From the IMG/VR virus record IMGVR_UViG_3300012286_000260, positions 1 to 33,070 of that record: DNA of 33,070 nucleotides, one strand, 5' to 3'. The notes below the pieces were generated by a model. The model saw only the letters and a list, made by a program, of their open reading frames with translations. It did not search any database and had not been told where the DNA came from. Source of the stretch: a virus. Its lineage: Duplodnaviria > Caudoviricetes. Positions within the stretch are counted from its first letter, which is position 1. Each line of letters starts with the position of its first letter. This document shows, piece by piece, positions 9,125 through 16,900 of the stretch. The position numbers and the translations under genes were made by a program.

Positions 9125-9763
9125 ATGGCTAATTACAGTCGTGGTACATCAACCAACATTATCGTTGGTGCAGCAGCAATTTTCGTTGCTGACACAACTT
9201 TGGATGCAACATCAGTAACTGCTTTTGAGTCTTCAAAGACTTTTAGAGACACACTTACAAACGATGCAGACTACACAAACGTTGGTTACACAATGAACGG
9301 TCTTGAACTGCAGTTCCAGCCTGACTTCGGTGAAGTTAAGGTTGACCAGATTCTTGACGTTGCTAAGCTTTACAAGCAGGGAATGCAGGTCTCACTTAAG
9401 ACAGCATTTGCTGAGGCAACACTTGAAAACCTTCTTCTTTCTTTGGCTTATAGCGATACAAAGCTTACAGGAACAAAGTCAACTTCAGCAGGACAGGCAC
9501 TTGACCTTTCTGCAGGAGATATTGGCGAGTGTCCAGTAGAGCGTGGTATTGTTGCAGTAGGCCCAGGAACAGGAGACTGCGTAGATTCAGCTTATGTAGA
9601 GCGTGTTTACACAGCATACCGTGCACTCTCAATTGAGAATGTTACAGTATCTGCAAAGCGTGATGAGGCTTCAATGTTTGAAGTTTCATTCCGTCTCCTC
9701 CCAGAGGACTCATCTGGTTCATACGGTAAGATCGTAGATCGTACTTGGACACCAGCTTCATAA
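9125..9763 (+). CDS. major tail (tube) protein
   Basis: NIIVGAAAIFV, VGYTMNGLELQFQPDFGEVKVDQ, FAEATLENL and FEVSFRLLP are typical of siphovirus tail tubes; strong SD; followed by a terminator. Confidence 0.85.
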   Translation: MANYSRGTSTNIIVGAAAIFVADTTLDATSVTAFESSKTFRDTLTNDADYTNVGYTMNGLELQFQPDFGEVKVDQILDVAKLYKQGMQVSLKTAFAEATLENLLLSLAYSDTKLTGTKSTSAGQALDLSAGDIGECPVERGIVAVGPGTGDCVDSAYVERVYTAYRALSIENVTVSAKRDEASMFEVSFRLLPEDSSGSYGKIVDRTWTPAS

Positions 9764-9781
9764 TTTAATAAATTATACGAC

Positions 9782-9819
9782 AGGCCCATTACCCAAAAGG
9801 TAGTGGGCTTTGTTGTTTT
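9782..9819 (+). terminator. intrinsic terminator after the tail tube gene
   Basis: AGGCCCATTACC-CAAAA-GGTAGTGGGCTT 12-bp stem followed by TGTTGTTTT. Confidence 0.8.
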
Positions 9820-9820
9820 G

Positions 9821-9829
9821 TGCTAGAAT
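9821..9829 (+). promoter_or_regulatory. extended -10 promoter TGCTAGAAT, near-leaderless
   Basis: TGnTAnnnT ends 9 nt before ATG 9839; no SD. Confidence 0.55.
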
Positions 9830-9838
9830 AGATAGACT

Positions 9839-10549
9839 ATGGCAACAACAATATACCCTATAAATAAAATGTTTTTATTGGACGATAAGGAATTAGAAAT
9901 TATCCCATTAAAGATAAAATATCTTCGTGAGTTCATGGTGGTATTTGACAAGATAAAAGAAACAAAAAATGATGATGATGCTATAAATATTTTGGTGGAG
10001 TGTGTAAGAATATGCATGAAGCAGTACTATCCAGAAATATCAAAGTCAGTAGAGGATATAGAGGATAATTTTGATTTGCCAAGCATATACCAAGTTCTTG
10101 ACTACGCTGCTGGAATCAAAATTAATAGTCAGTCACAGGAACCAGTAAAATCTCAAGCAATACAAAGTAATACATCCTGGGATGATTTTGATCTAGCCAA
10201 ACTAGAATCAGAGGTATTTTTGCTGGGTATATGGAAAGACTATCAAGAACTAGAATTATCATTGTCTATGCCAGAGATAATAGCAACTCTGGAGTCAGCA
10301 AGAGAGTTAGATTATTCAGAAAAGAAATTTCTAGCTGCTATTCAGGGTGTGGACTTAGATAAAGAAACAGGATCCGATAAGGGTCAAAAGGAATGGGAAG
10401 ACCTAAAGGCAAGAGTATTCAGTAGAGGTGCTACATCTGATTCTGATGACGTTCTTGCTTTACAAGGAGTTAATGCCGAAAAACTAGGGTTTGGTATTGG
10501 CTTAGGTCTTGATTATGAAGATGGCAGAGACCCTAGTCTTATGCTATAA
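9839..10549 (+). CDS. tail assembly chaperone, long form (gpGT-like, 236 aa)
   Basis: Lies between the tail tube and TMP; the first ~95 aa are homologous to the next gene, followed by a ~140-aa extension. Confidence 0.75.
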   Translation: MATTIYPINKMFLLDDKELEIIPLKIKYLREFMVVFDKIKETKNDDDAINILVECVRICMKQYYPEISKSVEDIEDNFDLPSIYQVLDYAAGIKINSQSQEPVKSQAIQSNTSWDDFDLAKLESEVFLLGIWKDYQELELSLSMPEIIATLESARELDYSEKKFLAAIQGVDLDKETGSDKGQKEWEDLKARVFSRGATSDSDDVLALQGVNAEKLGFGIGLGLDYEDGRDPSLML

Positions 10550-10550
10550 T
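10542..10550 (+). promoter_or_regulatory. extended -10 promoter TGCTATAAT overlapping the upstream stop codon
   Basis: Consensus TGn-TATAAT, then SD AGGAGG and ATG 10577. Confidence 0.65.
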
Positions 10551-10576
10551 TAGGTTAGCCTATATAGGAGGAAAAA

Positions 10577-10909
10577 ATGGCAACAACAGTACATGAGGGT
10601 AAAGAACTTATTCTTATGGATGGAACAAAGATTAAGGTAAGACCTCTTAAGATTTCTTTGTTGCGTCCATTTATGTCTAAGTTTGAAAAAGTGGCAGAGG
10701 TGGCAGAAGATAACGAAAAGTCAATGGCTCTTCTTATGGAATGCGTACGAATTGCTATGGAGCAGTACAGCCCAGAACTAGCTAAGGATTCTGATAAGCT
10801 GGAAGATATTCTTGATCTTCCAACAGTTTATGAGATCATTGAAGCAGCATCTGGAGTAAAGTTAACAGACGCAAACGCTCTTCTTAACACAGTGCTTGCA
10901 AATAACTAA
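10577..10909 (+). CDS. tail assembly chaperone, short form (gpG-like, 110 aa)
   Basis: Directly before the TMP; LMDGTKIKVRPLKISLL beta-hairpin then helices; strong SD. Confidence 0.8.
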   Translation: MATTVHEGKELILMDGTKIKVRPLKISLLRPFMSKFEKVAEVAEDNEKSMALLMECVRIAMEQYSPELAKDSDKLEDILDLPTVYEIIEAASGVKLTDANALLNTVLANN

Positions 10910-10948
10910 AAAAATAAATAACAATTAAAAAGAGGGAGGTGCTAGTTT

Positions 10949-13900
10949 GTGGCTGACGTAAATGCTAATATAGGCGTAAATATAAATACGGCTTCTGCAC
11001 TTGCGGGTCTAAAAAACTTACAGCGACAACTAGCAACCTTTCACTCTTCTGTAGCACAAGGTAGTGCACAAACAGCAGCAGCCCAAAGAGGCTTGCAGAC
11101 AAATCTTTTAAATTCAATTAATGCAACAGGAATGTTCACGGCCAAGATGGGCCTTGTCAGAACATCCACAGAATCTTTTACACACGCACTTGAAAATAAC
11201 AAACTCACCATGCGTGAGTATTTCCGTTTTGCTGGGGCATCTACAAAGACATTCGGAAGAATGTTTAAGTCTGAGTTTGACACAATTGGCAAGGTAGCTC
11301 AAGATCGTGTCAAGAAGATGCAAACCCAGTACATCAAGATGGGCCGTGATGCATCTGGTGCAATGAAGGCAATGGCTATTACGCCAAATACCTTAAACAT
11401 GAAAGACTACGCAACACAGACTGCTGTTGCAGCACAGAAGCAAGCACTCTTTAATCAGCTTGTAAGACAGGGCTCTACAAACCTTCTTAACTTTGGTAAG
11501 AATACACAGTGGGCTGGTCGTCAGCTCATGGTTGGTTTCTCTATTCCTCTTGCATATTTTGGAACAGCTGCAGCTAAAACATTTATGAAGCTAGAAGAAC
11601 AGGCGATTAGATTTAAGCGTGTTTATGGCGAAATGTTTACTACATCTGAAGAAACAGATAAGGCATTAAAGGACATAGAAGGTCTAGCAAAAAGCTTTAT
11701 TCAGTACGGAGTTAAAGTAGAAGACACCATGAAGATGGCAGCTGATGCTGCTGCTATGGGTAAGATGGGTGCAGAGCTTACAGCACAAGTTGCACAGGCA
11801 ACAAAATTGGCGGTACTTGGTAGCGTAGAACAAGACAAAGCATTAGAGACAACAATCTCACTTACAAATGCTTTTGGTATTTCTGCTGATCAGCTTGCTC
11901 AAAAGATTAACTTTCTTAACGCAGTTGAAAACCAAACTGTAGTAAATATTGAAGACCTTACAACAGCTATTCCTAAAGCTGGACCAGTTGTTAAGCAGCT
12001 TGGTGGATCTGTAGAAGATCTTGCTTTCTTCCTTACAGCAATGAAGGAAGGTGGCATTAATGCATCAGAAGGTGCCAACGCACTCAAGTCTGGTTTGGCA
12101 TCTCTTATTAATCCAAGCAAGAAAGCATCTGAAATGCTATCTGGACTTGGAATTAATATTAACGCTATTGTTGAAGGAAACAAGGGAGATCTAAAGGGCA
12201 CTGTTATAGGATTTGCACAGGCACTTGATACTCTTGCACCACTTGAAAGATCAAGAGCAATTGAGCAGCTATTTGGTAAGTTCCAGTTTGCACGTCTTTC
12301 AACATTGTTCCAGAACATCACAAAAGATGGTACACAGGCAAACCGTGTTCTTGGTTTGACAAATGCAAGCGTTGAAGAACTTGCAATCTTATCTGAGCGA
12401 GAAATGAACAAGGTAAAGGATGCTGTTGGAACTAACTTCAAAGCATCTATGGAAAACCTAAAGGTTTCTATTGCTCCAATTGGAAAAACATTCCTTGAGG
12501 CAGTAACTCCAATTGTTAAGTTTTTGGGTAAGTTGTTTGAAAAGTTTAATGGATTAGATGATGGCGTAAAGAAGTTTATTGTAACAGCAGGAGCACTTGT
12601 AGGAATTATTGGTCCTGTTCTTCTTATGACATTTGGTTTGGTTGCTAACGGCGTTGCTAATATAATTAAACTGTTCTTGGCTATGCGTGTTGGTTTCATG
12701 AAAATTGGTGGCAGTAGCAAGATTCTGGCAGAACAAACAACATATTTAAATGCAGCACAGCTTGAATCAGCTACAGTTGCAGCATCTCTTAACCAGGCAC
12801 ACACACAGCTAACACAAAGATTTGAATTTGAAGCAGCAGCAGTAAGAGCATTGAGAAATGCCTATGTAGAGGCAACAGTTGCAGCAGCTAAGTTTGCTAG
12901 ATCAAATCCTGGAGCAATGATGGGACCAGGTGCTCGTCCAGCTGGCCCAAGAAGATATGCTGGAGGAACTACAAACGTACCTGGCCCAAGAGGAGCTGGA
13001 GATATTGTTCCAACACTTTTGAGTCCAGGTGAGGCTGTCATTCCAGCGGGAGTTGCACAAAGTCCAGACTTCAAGCCAATCATTGCTGGAATGGTTAATG
13101 GTTCAATTGCAATGAACGATGTAGGAACAACAGGAGCAGGAAATCCTGCAAACAATGGAAATGGAACAAGGGGAGTAACTCTTAAGAGCCTAGGCATTGC
13201 AGAGAATGCTCCTTCAGTTCCAAGAGTAATTCCAACACAAGAATCACCATTAACACTTTCTGCACAAGCAACTAGAAAGCAAAAAGCTCTTCAAAGATAT
13301 TTTGATATCAAGTACGGTCCAAACTCTGGTGCAAGCCCTGAAGCAAAAGCTGCGTATGCGTCTAATAAGAATGGCTTTAGAGACTTAACAAAGAGACTTG
13401 TCTTTGATCCTACCACTAAAAAGTATACATACATCAATGCAAAGGGCATAGCTGGAGCTCAAATTACAGCACGGGAAATTGAACAAAGAATTAAGTATAC
13501 TTTTAAAGAAGCTCAAAGTGGACTAGGAAAGTATTCAACAAAGTCTATAACTCCATCAACTCTGAATAGACACCTTGAACGAATTAAGCAACAAGGAACA
13601 GGTGCTCCTTCTGCGGTAAAGAGCTTGCGCCAAAAGATGAACCTTAAAGATTCTGCAATTGCAGCAAGAGAGGGAGAAAAGCTTCACAAGGAGCTAACAA
13701 AGGCGGGACTTAGCAAGGCAGAGATTCAAAACTTTATGTCAAATAAAGAAGAGTCTCATATCCTTAAGCCAAAAGACTCTGCAACAAAGTGGCAATCAGG
13801 GCACACCATATCTGATCATAGAGGATTAAATAACTACCTAAATCGTGCAGGTGGTTCTACTATGGGTAAGCTAATCAACAATCCAAAGCTTATTCTTCCT

Positions 13901-16900
13901 AAGTCACAAGGTGGACTAGGCCTAAGCCAGAAGGATGTTCTTCAGCTAAAGAACGACTATAAGTTTGCACAGCTAGAAAAGCACCCTACAACTCCGCAAG
14001 AGCTTAGTAAGTTTGCAAGACTAGCAGCTCTGGAAGTTGCAGCACACGAATCTGGAATAGCAAAGGTAGACAAGATCTACCAGTCAAAGGGCGTTCTCGC
14101 TTTGGCAAAGGTAAGAACTCCAGAGTACTACAAGGATATTGCAAAAAGAATTATTAAGCTTGGACCAACACCAAAGGCTTTATCTGAGGTTGTTGCTGTT
14201 TCTAAGGGTGAAAAGCAAAGTGCTCCAGGAAAGAAGCCAGTAACTCTAACAGGACAGAACACACAGCCAAAGCCTGCGGGAATGCAAACAACAAGCAGAA
14301 ACGTAGCAGACAATAGAATTACTACCCTTGATAAGGGCGGATCAATTATTCCAAAGGGAGTAAGAATTAGAGGAGGTATTGATGGAATTAATACAGTACC
14401 TCCAGGAATGGCTGTATCAGCTATTGACAGACAGTTCAATGCAGAGCAAAACTCTTTGCGTCGTCAAATTGAGCTTCAAGAAAAAAGAAGACTTGCAGCA
14501 CTTAGATTAGAAGCAAAACTTAAGGAACAAGAAAAGGCAAGACTTAAGGCAGAAGCAAATGCTAGAGCAAAGCAGGCACAGCTTGATGCAACAAATGCAG
14601 CAAAGGCTAGAGCAGGACTTGCAAAGTTTAGTGAAAGAGCAACACAGGGACTCGGAGCACTATCTGGGTTAACTATAGCAGCATCATTTGCTGGTGGTGA
14701 AATTGGCTCAATGGCACAAAAGATTATGCCATTCATATTTGGTTTGCAAGGCGTAGCAATGCTTCTTCCTGCTCTTGTCAAGTGGCAGGGACTTGTTGGA
14801 CTTACTGTAGCAGCTTTTGTGGCTGCACAAATGTGGATTAATAACTCTGCTAAAAATGCAAGAAATCAAATGCTAGACTTAGCAGAAGCAACAGGATCAG
14901 CATCTGAAAATATCAAGAAAATGTCTGAGTTTGCGGGTACAGTAAGTGCTGCAGAACTACTAGCATATAAGCAAGCTAACTCAAGAAGCCCACTTACTGT
15001 TGCACAAGGCAAGAGTTCTTTTGGAGAGATGTATGCAAAGTCTGATCAGGGTAAAGCTACTGCTGCAGGACTAAGAAAAATAATTGGTTCACAAGGCATG
15101 CAAGAAGGAGCTCAAGTATTAAAAGAGCAACTCTCTGCAGCCGTCGCTTCTGGAGTGTTTACAACAGCACAAGCTAGAAGCGTTGCACTTAGTATCGGAA
15201 GAGAAGTTGGAAATATTCAACTTGGACTTCGTGTTAACGCAGAGCTTGCAAATGTTTTTGGTCCAGATGGAAAAAATATTTTGGGTACAAATGGAATCAA
15301 TCTTAGAGTAAACTTAGTACAAGAGCAGATGGATAAAGCAAATAGTTTAGCTAAGCAGACCAATGGCGATGGAAGAGGGTTAGGAAGAATTCCTATTGGA
15401 AGCAATAGAGTTCTTGGCGGTGGAATGGATAAGGGTCTATTTACGGCAGCATCTATAATTGGTGCAGGATCTACTGGTGTTCAACTTGGTGCAGCATCAG
15501 GTGCTGCTGTTGGTTCATTGTTTGCAGGAGTTGGAGCAGCACCAGGAGCAGCAATTGGTTCAGTAGTTGGTGGAATAATTGCTTCTGCGGTAAAGAGCTT
15601 GCGCCAAAAGATGAACCTTAAAGATTCTGCAATTGCAGCAAGAGAGGGAGAAAAGCTTCACAAGGAGCTAACAAAGGCGGGACTTAGCAAGGCAGAGATT
15701 CAAAACTTTATGTCAAATAAAGAAGAGTCTCATATCCTTAAGCCAAAAGACTCTGCAACAAAGTGGCAATCAGGGCACACCATATCTGATCATAGAGGAT
15801 TAAATAACTACCTAAATCGTGCAGGTGGTTCTACTATGGGTAAGCTAATCAACAATCCAAAGCTTATTCTTCCTAAGTCACAAGGTGGACTAGGCCTAAG
15901 CCAGAAGGATGTTCTTCAGCTAAAGAACGACTATAAGTTTGCACAGCTAGAAAAGCACCCTACAACTCCGCAAGAGCTTAGTAAGTTTGCAAGACTAGCA
16001 GCTCTGGAAGTTGCAGCACACGAATCTGGAATAGCAAAGGTAGACAAGATCTACCAGTCAAAGGGCGTTCTCGCTTTGGCAAAGGTAAGAACTCCAGAGT
16101 ACTACAAGGATATTGCAAAAAGAATTATTAAGCTTGGACCAACACCAAAGGCTTTATCTGAGGTTGTTGCTGTTTCTAAGGGTGAAAAGCAAAGTGCTCC
16201 AGGAAAGAAGCCAGTAACTCTAACAGGACAGAACACACAGCCAAAGCCTGCGGGAATGCAAACAACAAGCAGAAACGTAGCAGACAATAGAATTACTACC
16301 CTTGATAAGGGCGGATCAATTATTCCAAAGGGAGTAAGAATTAGAGGAGGTATTGATGGAATTAATACAGTACCTCCAGGAATGGCTGTATCAGCTATTG
16401 ACAGACAGTTCAATGCAGAGCAAAACTCTTTGCGTCGTCAAATTGAGCTTCAAGAAAAAAGAAGACTTGCAGCACTTAGATTAGAAGCAAAACTTAAGGA
16501 ACAAGAAAAGGCAAGACTTAAGGCAGAAGCAAATGCTAGAGCAAAGCAGGCACAGCTTGATGCAACAAATGCAGCAAAGGCTAGAGCAGGACTTGCAAAG
16601 TTTAGTGAAAGAGCAACACAGGGACTCGGAGCACTATCTGGGTTAACTATAGCAGCATCATTTGCTGGTGGTGAAATTGGCTCAATGGCACAAAAGATTA
16701 TGCCATTCATATTTGGTTTGCAAGGCGTAGCAATGCTTCTTCCTGCTCTTGTCAAGTGGCAGGGACTTGTTGGACTTACTGTAGCAGCTTTTGTGGCTGC
16801 ACAAATGTGGATTAATAACTCTGCTAAAAATGCAAGAAATCAAATGCTAGACTTAGCAGAAGCAACAGGATCAGCATCTGAAAATATCAAGAAAATGTCT

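Noticed and set aside
10880-10948. Programmed frameshift from the short chaperone into a T segment
   Set aside because: The A run lies at or after the stop codon and only 39 nt separate the gene from the TMP, leaving no T ORF
11899-12804. 301-aa minus-strand ORF and other antisense or alternate-frame ORFs (for example 2716-3288)
   Set aside because: Fully inside well-supported + strand genes; no recognisable motifs; expected from codon bias
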